Below are positions 10,784-20,706 of a stretch of 64,000 nt of DNA, one piece after another. The DNA comes from a virus. The notes below the pieces were generated by a model. That model had not been told where the DNA came from. It was given only the letters and a program-made list of their open reading frames with translations, and ran no database searches. The stretch spans positions 1 through 64,000 of the IMG/VR virus record IMGVR_UViG_3300049460_000196; one strand, 5' to 3'. Both the position numbers and the translations under genes were made by a program. Positions within the stretch are counted from its first letter, which is position 1. Each line of letters opens with the position of its first letter.

Positions 10784-10806
10784 CTTTTTGTCCTCTTGTT
10801 GTAGTT

Positions 10807-10930
10807 AACTGGATCAGTTGTGCTGAATTATTTGGTAACGTTCAGTATCGTTAGGTCCCGGAGCCACTGGGAGGTTGTAAGTCCCAGTCCTCACGGTAGC
10901 GCGTGTTTTTGAATTGCTGTATCTGATCCA
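10807..10930 (-). ncRNA. ACAGCAA-module RNA in the leader of the TROVE/vWA gene (Y-RNA-like)
   Basis: TGGATCAG-A-TACAGCAA ... CTGATCCA-GTT terminal helix enclosing two hairpins; same architecture as the 39-40 kb elements. Confidence 0.7.
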
Positions 10931-10971
10931 TCTATCTAGCGGCATCCGGGGATGTGCCAAACAGTGGTGTA

Positions 10972-11000
10972 ACTATATGGCAATGGCTTTCGCATTGCAA
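10972..11000 (-). promoter_or_regulatory. sigma70 promoter for the RNA + TROVE/vWA unit
   Basis: TTGCAA-17 bp-TATAGT. Confidence 0.7.
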
Positions 11001-11022
11001 GATGTTTTTACAACAATTTAGA

Positions 11023-11436
11023 TTATTTTTGGTATGGAAACATGTAGCGGAATTTGATGTAGTCCGCATCACGCAAGATAAGCCAGCAGTCATCTGGGTT
11101 ACCAGTTGTACGGTCAGTTGGGCGATGCTCAACAAACGGAAACTCACGCCGCATCCACGCCATAAAGGTAGAGAAGTGGGAATCGGGCATAGCTATGACG
11201 CGAATCTCCAATTCGTCAGCACAGCGAGTGAGGTCAATAACAGCCATACAATAGTTGGCATCACCCATAAATTTGAACATTGCTCGTTTGGCGGTCGTGA
11301 CCCCAGCTGTGGCATCCGCGGCCGCTCTCATACTCATGAACGTGGATTCACGAATTGCTTTTTCGTTCGCTATAAAAAATACAGCTTTGGCATCCAACGA
11401 AGGAAAACGCTGAATGTGTTCGGTCCAGATATTCAT
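11023..11436 (-). CDS. hypothetical protein
   Basis: ORF under a TTGACG..CATAAT promoter. Confidence 0.6.
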   Translation of the reverse strand: MNIWTEHIQRFPSLDAKAVFFIANEKAIRESTFMSMRAAADATAGVTTAKRAMFKFMGDANYCMAVIDLTRCADELEIRVIAMPDSHFSTFMAWMRREFPFVEHRPTDRTTGNPDDCWLILRDADYIKFRYMFPYQK

Positions 11437-11562
11437 TTAAGAGCCCAATGTAAAATACCATTATGCAAGTAAATGAATAAAACGTCAAGTCAATCAAGTT
11501 TAGGAAAAGTTAACAAAAAGTTATAAAATACTTGAGCTGCATTAACAACAACTATAATAACT

Positions 11563-12138
11563 ATGCAACTTATTGAAAACCTAAAACCTGTTTTTGAAAC
11601 CTACATGACTGGGACCTTCGCATACCGTCCTATTAGTCGCTCTGACGCTTTCCCACTATATGAAGCAGCCCAGGAGCCTCAATTCCTTTCCAAGCTGTGG
11701 TGGGGCCCACCTGACACCTATGCGGATGCAGTCGTGGAAGTTGATAAACTGCTGGGCGAACATACAACAAACACCTCGGTGGTGCTATCTGTGGTTGAAC
11801 GCACGACCGGTAAATGGATCGGATTTGTGAAATTCATGGAGTGGGAAGACACACTGATGATGACTCTCTGGACGCATCCTGATTATTGGCGCTCCACTAC
11901 ACCGTTCAGATGTGCTGAGACAGCAGTTGATATTGTGATTCAAAATACCAATCTGCCGTTCATTTATGCTCGCGTCACCAAAGACTATCCAGTGATGGAA
12001 AAGATGGTGATGAGCAATGGATTCATTCATGAAGGAGAATCAACTGGCATGCACACAAACGGGACAGTGATGCCCTGCAATGTGTTCAAGCTCACACGAG
12101 AGAATTGGACACGGACGCCCAAGTCATCTCGTTACTGA
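11563..12138 (+). CDS. GNAT acetyltransferase (RimJ/RimL-like)
   Basis: RPISRSDA..LYE, GKWIG, HPDYW, NGFIHEG pattern. Confidence 0.75.
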   Translation: MQLIENLKPVFETYMTGTFAYRPISRSDAFPLYEAAQEPQFLSKLWWGPPDTYADAVVEVDKLLGEHTTNTSVVLSVVERTTGKWIGFVKFMEWEDTLMMTLWTHPDYWRSTTPFRCAETAVDIVIQNTNLPFIYARVTKDYPVMEKMVMSNGFIHEGESTGMHTNGTVMPCNVFKLTRENWTRTPKSSRY

Positions 12139-12947
12139 TTCATTGCCAACTTAGCCGCACTCAGCATGTCGCTACCAGACAGAGTAGTGTCGAGGCAAAC
12201 CCCGTATGCCATTTCAACATTGATCGTTGCTTGGTCAATGGCAAATGGCTGGGAAATTGCACTTAGGGCACGGTGGACTTCTAGGTTCACGGCATTGGCA
12301 CCGAAATTGGTGGGGACCACCATAACAAACAGGTCCTCGTCTATCCGGTAAACCTGATTGATCGATGAGGTGCTGGACCGAATACGTGCCGCGATCTGCA
12401 TCAAGCAACGATCAACTACATGATCATCGTAGACGTCGGTGATTTGATTCAACGACTTGACCTTGAACAGCACCAGACCAAACTTGATCTTTTCGGCCAG
12501 CATGTCTTCGAGATCGACGTCCAGGGCGAAGATGTTCTTCAGCGACGTCATGGAGTCCAATTCTGACTCCAGAATGATATCCGTGTTGTGCAGCATGGGT
12601 TCGGCACTCAGCACCGGATAATCGCCGGCCATAAAGGTCTTCACCAACAACCACCGTTTGGTATTGCTTGAGTAGCCGATCCTTGCTGTTTTCTTGCCAC
12701 TCTGGATGGTGTCACGGGCGCCGTCGTAGAACACTGAGGTCTTGAATTGCGGGTAAAATTCAAACACAGAACGACCAATCAGGTCGCGTGCTTGCATACC
12801 ATAGAAGTCAGCCATCAGCTGGTTAGCGGCAATGAACGTATAATCTTCCGTGCAAGCGGCAATCGCGGCCTGATCATGGTTGACGGTGCTTGGTAGCACC
12901 AGAGGGACATTGGCAATCACTGTCGTTTGTGTGGACATTTTGTTCAC
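12132..12947 (-). CDS. PAS + degenerate GGDEF-domain protein
   Basis: PAS (FIAAN..DLIGRSVFEFYP); DSMTSLKN, YRIDEDLF replacing RxGGDEF. Confidence 0.8.
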   Translation of the reverse strand: MNKMSTQTTVIANVPLVLPSTVNHDQAAIAACTEDYTFIAANQLMADFYGMQARDLIGRSVFEFYPQFKTSVFYDGARDTIQSGKKTARIGYSSNTKRWLLVKTFMAGDYPVLSAEPMLHNTDIILESELDSMTSLKNIFALDVDLEDMLAEKIKFGLVLFKVKSLNQITDVYDDHVVDRCLMQIAARIRSSTSSINQVYRIDEDLFVMVVPTNFGANAVNLEVHRALSAISQPFAIDQATINVEMAYGVCLDTTLSGSDMLSAAKLAMNQ

Positions 12948-13004
12948 TTAGATTTTCAATTGTTCACATTATAGATTCAAGTGAACAAAATGTCAACAGC
13001 TTGA

Positions 13005-13532
13005 TTAATTTCCTGCGAGGACTTTCTGAACCTTGGCCATGTCTGCTTCAGTGAACACGTAGACGATGGGGGTAAATTTGGTGCTCAGGGTCTCGATCAA
13101 ACGAGCGATCACAAACCAGTCACCATTGGCCAGACCAGCGCCGATCAGTGGAAAGCCAACCTTCACATCGTGATCAATCGCTGGGTCAATCATGGAATCA
13201 ATCAACTCCACGACATTTGCGATTGCATCGTAGCTCACATAGCGAACATCATCTCGCCCTGCGAATTCTTGTGTGATGCCGTTCAGGATGATACGTTCTG
13301 GATATTCTTCACCCAGGTATTCTACTGCTGGTACAACAACCGGCACGATCGAGCCCATAGCCAGACCTGCCACGTCATACACAGCGCGGTATTCGTCGTA
13401 GACATTTGGGTACAGGTCACGGATGGTTTTTGCAATGCCACTGCCCATTGCCCCTTGAGCGTTGCAGCCCTGAACAATGTACTGACAGTCGCGGTTGGTG
13501 AGGACATCACCCAGACGATATTCGATTTTCAT
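13005..13532 (-). CDS. macrodomain (Appr-1''-p processing, Poa1p-like) protein
   Basis: GD, IVQGCNAQGAMGSGIA, PLIGAGLANGDW; start trimmed to MKIEY. Confidence 0.9.
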   Translation of the reverse strand: MKIEYRLGDVLTNRDCQYIVQGCNAQGAMGSGIAKTIRDLYPNVYDEYRAVYDVAGLAMGSIVPVVVPAVEYLGEEYPERIILNGITQEFAGRDDVRYVSYDAIANVVELIDSMIDPAIDHDVKVGFPLIGAGLANGDWFVIARLIETLSTKFTPIVYVFTEADMAKVQKVLAGN

Positions 13533-13586
13533 TAATACTCCCGTTGATAATACCAAAACTATAACGGGAGTACCTGAATCTAGCAA

Positions 13587-14009
13587 TTAGAAGTTGTGTT
13601 TCAGCGTGACAGTTTTTTCAAAAGTTTCCGTGCTGGTGCCGTCAGGATAGACAACCATCAGCTTAGTGCCAATGCGACCTTTGACCGGGTTGAAAATATT
13701 GTTGTTCACCAGCAGTACGGCAACATTCAACGAATGCTTATTTTGCCACATCTTGTTAAATTTGTAACCCCGGGATTCCTGTTGCGTAATACGCAAGCTT
13801 TGCGTATCAGTAAGACGTTCCAGGGCAGCAGCAAAACGTTGATTTTTGGCAATGGCACTACGACGCGAGCGCTCGGCACGCTGACGTGCTTGTGCCATGA
13901 TCTCATCGGCCGACAGACCGGTTAATGCGGTACCAAAAGCCAGGAACGCGTTAAGGAGATCTTTGTCAGCTTGTGCGTTTTGTGCCAGTTGCTCTTCGGT
14001 CAGTGCCAT
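13587..14009 (-). CDS. hypothetical protein
   Basis: AAGGAG RBS and own promoter. Confidence 0.7.
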   Translation of the reverse strand: MALTEEQLAQNAQADKDLLNAFLAFGTALTGLSADEIMAQARQRAERSRRSAIAKNQRFAAALERLTDTQSLRITQQESRGYKFNKMWQNKHSLNVAVLLVNNNIFNPVKGRIGTKLMVVYPDGTSTETFEKTVTLKHNF

Positions 14010-14065
14010 GATGTGCTCCTTAGTTCAGATGTTCCTATTATAGGTTCAAATGAACTAAGAATCAA

Positions 14066-14614
14066 CTATTCACGACAACTTTGATCAACTAATTTCAGAA
14101 GGGTTGGTAGACGGAACTCGCCGTGCATGTTTGCAACCGCAAGCTTTGCTGCTTCGTGATCCATGCCCAGAGCCGTCACATACAGCTCTTTGGTGCTACC
14201 GTTGCGCAATACTGCCTGGTTGTCTGGGGTTCCGTTGAAATACGTTTTGGCGACGCCAACGACTGGAATAGTACCCGCCAGTTCACGATACAGGTGGGCA
14301 CCCAAGCCGTAGTGTTGATCCTCACCCAAAGTCACGTAGCCATCAACCACGATAGTCTTATAACGCAATTGCTGGGTGGCATACAGGAGCGCAATGATGC
14401 ATGGCATTTCACGCCTGTAAAATGCCCCTGGTTCGTATGGTTCAACTTCTGGTACAATCGTGCTGTACACCACACACTTATTGCTGGTCCACGAATCAGT
14501 CACGACGCCGCTCACCTTGGCCGTACCATCAGCCCGGTAATCAACGTCAACAAACAGAATCAAATTGCTTTGATCCAGAGTAGTGATATCAACAATTTCG
14601 TGTATGGTTTTCAT
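14066..14614 (-). CDS. nfi: endonuclease V family protein
   Basis: VDVDY, YEPGAFYRREMP, VVDG, GLGAHL, VGVAK, RLP. Confidence 0.88.
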   Translation of the reverse strand: MKTIHEIVDITTLDQSNLILFVDVDYRADGTAKVSGVVTDSWTSNKCVVYSTIVPEVEPYEPGAFYRREMPCIIALLYATQQLRYKTIVVDGYVTLGEDQHYGLGAHLYRELAGTIPVVGVAKTYFNGTPDNQAVLRNGSTKELYVTALGMDHEAAKLAVANMHGEFRLPTLLKLVDQSCRE

Positions 14615-15021
14615 TATTTGTACAGTGACAGATGACCCGTAATTGGATCGATTTTATCAGGAGTGTGCGGACCGATACCAACACCAGTTACAGTTGGCTT
14701 TCCGAATTCGGTACGACCAGCGTCTTCAATCAGCACACAACGGAGACCAGCTTGCTTGGCCTTCTGGTAAATGTCCAGGACTTCGGCGATGCCGTTCGCT
14801 TGGAGTGTGACCTTCGTAAAGGCATTGTCACACCATGCTTCCAGATCTTGATCGTCGTCGAACGGAATGAAATAGCCAGCACGGCCTTCATGCACGATCT
14901 TCTCTTTGTCGCGGAGCACCAGGGCAACTGACTGGTGACTGCCTTGTGCCACCAGCTTGCCGCGACTCATCCCCAACGCTTTGTCGAGGATGATTACTTG
15001 TTTGGGTTCAGTTTTACTCAT
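14614..15021 (-). CDS. pth2: peptidyl-tRNA hydrolase, PTH2 family
   Basis: MSRGKLVAQGSH, DAGRTE, T..GIGP, IDPITGHL. Confidence 0.93.
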   Translation of the reverse strand: MSKTEPKQVIILDKALGMSRGKLVAQGSHQSVALVLRDKEKIVHEGRAGYFIPFDDDQDLEAWCDNAFTKVTLQANGIAEVLDIYQKAKQAGLRCVLIEDAGRTEFGKPTVTGVGIGPHTPDKIDPITGHLSLYK

Positions 15022-16462
15022 TTGGTTTCTCAGTTTCCAACACTTCCGTCATGGTAGTGAGGTTGATGACGTTTGCCTTCAACTTACCAGTATACATGAG
15101 TTTCATCCAAGCCGCAGTAGAAATATCTTTCACGCCGATCGCAAAGCCGGTCGTACTCTTGTGCGTCTTGATGTCTTTCTTATCCACCTGAGCGACCATG
15201 TCAGCAAATTCTGCTTTCTCTGCATCAGTCAACTCAATATCCCAGTAATACTTGGACGACACGTCGTCTTCGGTTTTGGTATAGACCATGATAGCCTGGA
15301 ATTCATCCAGCTTGTTCTTCTTGTCCAGGTCGCTGTAGATCGCACGCACGGCCGAACCATACTTAACAGTCAGGCCACGCAGACTCCAAGTACGATTGAA
15401 CGTATCAAGCAACTCGATGTTAGCAATCACATCCTTGGACAGCTTGTCGTACTTGACGATTTCCCAAGTATCGGGAATATCGAACATTTTGCCACCTTGC
15501 ATCCAATCTGGTACTTCACCCCAAAAAGACGGCAGATCATCATAGTAGCCAGATTGAACCAAGCAATGAACACGGGCGTCATTGAGACGTTTGAATTTCT
15601 TGGCCTTCGACAGTTTGTCGACCATCGTCAGAGACATCGCGGCCCGGGTGTGAGTCGTATAATCGTACGCACCGTATTCGTAGCCCGCGTAATATTTCTT
15701 CGTAACCTTGTCCTGGATTACGAATGCTGGTTCAGGCTCAGGTTTGCTCAGCTGCTCAACAACCGGAGTCAAGTCGGTGACACGCACATAGGTACGCTTG
15801 TCAACCATGCTTTCGCCGTTACGTTCACCTTTAGTAAACAGCACGTCAACCCACAGCCCTTCAGACTTAATTGGATGTGAAATGCGTGACGATGGATAGC
15901 CGATATCTGGGTGACCACTCACAGGCTTGGAGCGCACTTTGAATTCAACATCGGCTGGAATTTCACCTTCGAGTACCAGTGCATGTTCGGTCCACTTGTA
16001 ACCGTGGCCGTTGTCAAACGGCGTGCCAGCATCTTTCTTGTAGTGAGGAATGTTTTTGTTGATCTTCCACGTCGAATCTTCCACAAGCCGTTGGCGCAGC
16101 GGCGGTTCTTTGCTGGTCGCTTTTTCCACTGGGGCTTCAACTTTGGTGACATTGGCAATATAGGTCCACTTCTTCTTGGACCAGATTACAATTTGACCCT
16201 TGTCAACTTTGGTGAAGGTTTTGTCCTTGTGAGTGCGACCATAATTACCAGGATCATAGGCATGCACTTCGTTTGCATCAGCATCGTTGACCCAAACGGT
16301 CAGTGTTTGAATACTCTCAACATTGACTACCCGGGTCGACTTCGTGTCAGCTTGTTCATTACTGGCCGGATCCACCATGGCGCCATTATATGGCTTAGTG
16401 AAGACCGTGGTGCCCTTTGGGATTTCCACGTAGTCGCCGGATTTGATGTCTTGAGTGGTCAT
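15014..16462 (-). CDS. hypothetical protein
   Basis: 482-aa ORF. Confidence 0.75.
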   Translation of the reverse strand: MTTQDIKSGDYVEIPKGTTVFTKPYNGAMVDPASNEQADTKSTRVVNVESIQTLTVWVNDADANEVHAYDPGNYGRTHKDKTFTKVDKGQIVIWSKKKWTYIANVTKVEAPVEKATSKEPPLRQRLVEDSTWKINKNIPHYKKDAGTPFDNGHGYKWTEHALVLEGEIPADVEFKVRSKPVSGHPDIGYPSSRISHPIKSEGLWVDVLFTKGERNGESMVDKRTYVRVTDLTPVVEQLSKPEPEPAFVIQDKVTKKYYAGYEYGAYDYTTHTRAAMSLTMVDKLSKAKKFKRLNDARVHCLVQSGYYDDLPSFWGEVPDWMQGGKMFDIPDTWEIVKYDKLSKDVIANIELLDTFNRTWSLRGLTVKYGSAVRAIYSDLDKKNKLDEFQAIMVYTKTEDDVSSKYYWDIELTDAEKAEFADMVAQVDKKDIKTHKSTTGFAIGVKDISTAAWMKLMYTGKLKANVINLTTMTEVLETEKPNE

Positions 16463-16556
16463 AATGTTCTTTCATGAAAAAGGGCGAACAATTGTTCGCC
16501 CTCAGGGAATTGTTTGTGCCACTATAACACAAACGGTTACCAGATAGTTGAGGCAG

Positions 16557-16763
16557 TTATGCCATCCACTCAGCTCCAATTTCACGCGGAGTCACGGTAA
16601 CTGGCGTGTTGGTCGCAGCCTTTACGCTGATGGCACCTTGCGGCTTTTTGCTGTTCGGCTTGGTGACCGAAACAACTTTGAAGCCATGATCGACGCGCCC
16701 TGCAACCTTGACGTCGTCGCCGGCACGAACCGAACGACCGTTACTCGTATAAGCAAGATACAT
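16557..16763 (-). CDS. small hypothetical protein
   Basis: ORF with RBS and downstream hairpin. Confidence 0.55.
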   Translation of the reverse strand: MYLAYTSNGRSVRAGDDVKVAGRVDHGFKVVSVTKPNSKKPQGAISVKAATNTPVTVTPREIGAEWMA

Positions 16764-16885
16764 TTCACTACCCTTTCATTCAGTTAAGTGGAAAATTCCC
16801 TTTGCTGCACTGCCAGAACAAATATACATTCGTCCCAATGAACATGCAACGTAAATTCACATGATAATGCCATATGAATATTAGG

Positions 16886-17533
16886 TCAAGCAACCAATGG
16901 CAAATAGTGACGCAGCGTTTCACTGATACGAGGCAGGCAGATGTGTTTGCTGGACTTTGGGATGCGGTGATCATGCGTGAGCTGCATCCCTGGCTTCATT
17001 GCGAAGATACTGCCGTGCCCCAGCAACCACACCTGGGGCTTCCTGAACATCAGGAACAATTCCTTACGACGTTCAGGCGAGGCCTCGCCTTTTTCATGCT
17101 CAGTCACGTAGACATCCACCAAACGCCATGCTTCACGTTCATTTGCACGCGCCCAGATTTCACGCTCTTCTCCCAAGCTAATGGACACGATATAGTCGTC
17201 GTTATCCATCTCTGGCGAGTCATCTGCGTGATAACCCAACTGATCGTGCCCGTCCTCGTACATGTTGAGGAAGTTCACATCCAGGTTGGATCCCAAGAAC
17301 TCATTCACCTGATTGACATGCTCACGCATGATTGGGTGCCAAGGCTGTGGCATGTAGGTGCGGGCGAAACGCGGATCACCATAGGTATAAGGCGCGGCCG
17401 TGTCGTTCGAGTAGTATTCACTACGTGGTACTTTGTCGTGGCGGATCCATGCCAATTCTGCCCTCAGCGTCTTGAACGCATGGTCGGCATCACGGATAAA
17501 TTCCGGCACGTAAATTACAGGTGCATTATTCAT
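16886..17533 (-). CDS. AlkB-family 2OG-Fe(II) dioxygenase (ALKBH2/3-like)
   Basis: VPR, FLNMYEDG.DQLGYHAD, SISLG, H.IPK, PRIS.T.R. Confidence 0.9.
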   Translation of the reverse strand: MNNAPVIYVPEFIRDADHAFKTLRAELAWIRHDKVPRSEYYSNDTAAPYTYGDPRFARTYMPQPWHPIMREHVNQVNEFLGSNLDVNFLNMYEDGHDQLGYHADDSPEMDNDDYIVSISLGEEREIWARANEREAWRLVDVYVTEHEKGEASPERRKELFLMFRKPQVWLLGHGSIFAMKPGMQLTHDHRIPKSSKHICLPRISETLRHYLPLVA

Positions 17534-17540
17534 GTTTGAC

Positions 17541-18014
17541 TCACATTTGAGTATAGTTGCAATGCTTTTTCAGCTCTTTGATTGGTTCTTGGACTTGTTC
17601 GGTCAACCGATACAGAACACCTTCTGGAGTGTCCCAGCCCTTATGACCATCATGTTTCATCCAAGCTTCAATCTTCTCTTTTGATCCACTGCATGGCTTT
17701 GGGAAAAAGTATTTGACAAGCTTTACCATGTTTCCCATCGTGTGCTTGGAATGCTCATGTGCTTTCCGTGTAGCCAAGTCAACGTCGTGCATCAAAACCG
17801 CCATCCCACAACTACCCGGATCAAGTCCAAAGTCGAAGTAGACAAGCAATGCTTCCAGGAGAGTCAGATCTACCGCTGTATCATCCATATAATCTCCATT
17901 GAACAACAGAATGGTATATTCATTTGTTCGTGAGATCAAGCAAATAATCGCGGCAATGAAAAAGGCCAGCAACTGCTGGCCTCGTTGAACTACGCTTTCA
18001 CGTAGTAATTCCAC
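17541..18014 (-). CDS. hypothetical protein (probable start MDDTAV)
   Basis: GGAG RBS before MDD. Confidence 0.55.
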   Translation of the reverse strand: MELLRESVVQRGQQLLAFFIAAIICLISRTNEYTILLFNGDYMDDTAVDLTLLEALLVYFDFGLDPGSCGMAVLMHDVDLATRKAHEHSKHTMGNMVKLVKYFFPKPCSGSKEKIEAWMKHDGHKGWDTPEGVLYRLTEQVQEPIKELKKHCNYTQM

Positions 18015-18433
18015 TTGTCTTCGACGGGGTCGTAAATCCTGTCCGTGATGACACGGAAACCGGCTCTAACGTATGTGGGCAACGCAGAGTCCTTGGGATA
18101 GCTCCAGAGACAACGGCCTGGCTTACGACAGGCAATCGTCGCCTTGAGCAGTTTGGTGGCAATGCCATTGCTGCGGAATTCTGGAAGCACAAACAATCCA
18201 CGACTACGCTGTTGATTCTCATCAACATCATGGATGCTGTTGACGCCAACCAACTGTTCATTCACGAAGGCACCCAAGAAGGTTGGTGTCCCAACATTAG
18301 TTGTATATGAACGTTGGCTAGTATGACTGAATGTCATTGCTGAAGTGGGTTCAATGGGCGACACGCGATTAGCCCAAAGTTGATTCCAGAGCGTCAAACA
18401 TTGCTCGTAAGTGATTTCTTGAATTGTTACCAT
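17990..18433 (-). CDS. GNAT acetyltransferase
   Basis: RGLFVLPEFRSNGIATKLL (motif A), Y.RAGF. Confidence 0.85.
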   Translation of the reverse strand: MVTIQEITYEQCLTLWNQLWANRVSPIEPTSAMTFSHTSQRSYTTNVGTPTFLGAFVNEQLVGVNSIHDVDENQQRSRGLFVLPEFRSNGIATKLLKATIACRKPGRCLWSYPKDSALPTYVRAGFRVITDRIYDPVEDKWNYYVKA

Positions 18434-18841
18434 AGCTGCCTCGAGTTGCGTGGTTTTATTTATCACTTGCGAGTGAGGAATTTGTAAAGTTGGCGCATAG
18501 TTTGAACCAACCCAATACAACAGACTACAAGTGCGATGCAGCACAGGCCAAAAATACTAACACGGACCATTTGATTCCAGTTACCATCAGTCAGCCAATA
18601 CATGAACAAAAACGAACTCATCGCCCAACCTTTCTCAGGAATTCTTTACAACGAATTGCACGACGAACATAGAATTGAATCTTTGGTGTCACCAAGTGAT
18701 CAGTCCCATATTTCTTATACAGAGTTTCCAGCCAGTGCAATCGAGTGATGATTAAACCACACTCCATCATACGATGTTCCAGACGAGCAATTCGCGCCGG
18801 ACCTTTGAACCATTTAATGAGTTTGCGCATATGAATGTGAG

Positions 18842-18954
18842 TGGTCCGTCCAAAGGGATTCGAACCCCCATTGATCCGCTTACTCGACTACCGCTTAGAA
18901 GACGGTTGAGATACGGGCGGTTATACGTGCTCTATCCATCTGAGCTATGGACGG
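18842..18954 (-). tRNA. aberrant tRNA-Arg(UCU)-like RNA: D-armless core plus an extra upstream 5' half
   Basis: T-arm GGGGTTCGAATCCC, TGGACGG-A-CCA end, ACCGT-CTTCTAA-GCGGT arm; upstream CCGTCCA-TAGCTCAGATGGATAGAGCA. Confidence 0.7.
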
Positions 18955-19006
18955 CCTTAATTAGTAGAGTGTAAAGAGTGGCAACCAGATAGTCAATACA
19001 AAGTGG

Positions 19007-19225
19007 TTATTTGTGGGTCACCACTTTGTATTTCCAGTCGTTGTTTTCTTCGTAGAGGCGTGCTTCGCCATGTTTTCTCAACTCGGCACGAAGGGAGGAT
19101 TTGGTCATCGGACGTTCGCAATATTCATCCAAAAATGTATCAGCATTTTCGTAACGGCGCCACAGGTCGTCAAACTTGCGGAATACATCAACGTCATAGC
19201 CTTCATCAACAACCGTATAGATCAT
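19007..19225 (-). CDS. hypothetical protein
   Basis: coupled ORF. Confidence 0.55.
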   Translation of the reverse strand: MIYTVVDEGYDVDVFRKFDDLWRRYENADTFLDEYCERPMTKSSLRAELRKHGEARLYEENNDWKYKVVTHK

Positions 19226-19980
19226 GAATGCACCAGTTTAATCAAGTCTTCAGAGAATTTCTGGATAGTATCATTATCCAGCTTATTGGGCACATTATCG
19301 AAGATCGAAGTGATCTCATGTTTCCGCGCCAACCCAGCGAGTTCTGTTGTTGTGAGCAACCGTGGCAACGAACGATACTTGATCGCCGCTGCCTTCCAGG
19401 CATCACGCATTTGATCAACTTCCAGATTGCTTAGACCCCGGCAACCATCAGTCTGCTCATCGTAAGCCAGCCATGCTTCGAACTGAGCAACGATGCGACC
19501 TTCGTGTTCAATCGGCAACTCAAATTCAGGTTGTTGATACAACACGGCACCCATTGAATGCAGTCGCTTGATGCGTATCATTGCAAGCGACATCACATTG
19601 GACAGCCCTTGATTATCTGAAACCGTCAGGGTATCGCGCAATTGCTTGAATGCCGCCAGTTCATGCTTGTTCAGCACGGCGTAGTCGGACGGCTGTTCCT
19701 CTTGTATCACCGATTGGACGTCACCAAGTGTCACCAGCGCGTCGCTAATAAGTTTTGCGTCGCTGAGCATGAAGCGGCCAGTGGCTTGATTGCGTGACAG
19801 GAGAATCAAGGTCTCCTTCAGCGATTGCAGGGCGGCGTCAAGATTCATTAATCGTATTCCCGATTGGTGCGCGTGGATGGATAACGGCGAGTGCTTGCTG
19901 CACTGTCCACCATCATGATGCTTTCGCCAGTTTGAACCGCAGTCACACGCTTGCGCGACGGGCATTCTACTTGACCGCAA
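19222..19980 (-). CDS. hypothetical protein (start probably MNLD near 19848)
   Basis: ORF. Confidence 0.6.
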   Translation of the reverse strand: MRSSRMPVAQACDCGSNWRKHHDGGQCSKHSPLSIHAHQSGIRLMNLDAALQSLKETLILLSRNQATGRFMLSDAKLISDALVTLGDVQSVIQEEQPSDYAVLNKHELAAFKQLRDTLTVSDNQGLSNVMSLAMIRIKRLHSMGAVLYQQPEFELPIEHEGRIVAQFEAWLAYDEQTDGCRGLSNLEVDQMRDAWKAAAIKYRSLPRLLTTTELAGLARKHEITSIFDNVPNKLDNDTIQKFSEDLIKLVHS

Positions 19981-20068
19981 CGATCACCATAACTTGCATA
20001 GTGGTTGCAATTCTCCTTGGCACAGCGAGGAGCCTTGGGGCTCTCTTTCTTGGTTTCGTTTTCGACAC

Positions 20069-20500
20069 TCATGATTTTATCCCTTCAATTGCCAGGTATT
20101 CCGAGTAGAATTGGAAACGGCGACCGTCAACGTCACACACGAAGATTGGTTTGCCAAATTCCATCGCATGCTTGATTTCATCTTGAACACCAGTGCTGAC
20201 TTTCCAACCGTCTAGCATCACGACAATCAGTGCGTCACAACGACGCAGCAGGTTGATGCTGTATGGGCCCCAGTATTCGTAGGTGCCTGGAGTTTGACGA
20301 CGACCTAGGTATGGGTGATTCATCAACGGCGACACTGCATGAATGCCCAGGCTCATCAGCAGCGAGAAGAAGTCCCCCATATTGTCCATACGGGCCTCGA
20401 TGACTTCTGGATCTTGATGGCCATACGGGGCAGCAATGTATGCCAGGTTGGAATGAATGCCACCAAGCATTGCGGGAAAATCGGCCAGATACATGATCAC
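20069..20500 (-). CDS. DUF1937 / nucleoside 2-deoxyribosyltransferase-like protein
   Basis: YIAAPY, SP..H, CDAL.V..DGW..STGV..E...A...GKP. Confidence 0.8.
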   Translation of the reverse strand: MIMYLADFPAMLGGIHSNLAYIAAPYGHQDPEVIEARMDNMGDFFSLLMSLGIHAVSPLMNHPYLGRRQTPGTYEYWGPYSINLLRRCDALIVVMLDGWKVSTGVQDEIKHAMEFGKPIFVCDVDGRRFQFYSEYLAIEGIKS

Positions 20501-20706
20501 GTCCTTGACAGAGTTGGGAACACTTCTTCGATGCGGACAATGTGGTGAACACAGTACGAGCTGTCCTGTTGCGTGTAGTGCTTCTCCAGGATGTCCCGAG
20601 CATCTTCTTCGTCCACACCTTCAACCGGATACATGAAGTCTTCACGCTCGTGATCGTCTTGCATGTAGTGGTGTTTCTCCACGTACCCTTTAATGATGAA
20701 TAACAT
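20497..20706 (-). CDS. hypothetical protein
   Basis: coupled ORF. Confidence 0.55.
   Translation of the reverse strand: MLFIIKGYVEKHHYMQDDHEREDFMYPVEGVDEEDARDILEKHYTQQDSSYCVHHIVRIEEVFPTLSRT

Noticed and set aside
9356-10804. 482-aa plus-strand ORF
   Set aside because: Antisense shadow of the codon-biased TROVE/vWA gene; no recognisable motifs.
16800-16820. TGCAGCAA match near 16805; also GCAGCAA inside the RNase P RNA and antisense to the 46269 tRNA
   Set aside because: No enclosing helix ending in GTT, or wrong strand; likely chance.
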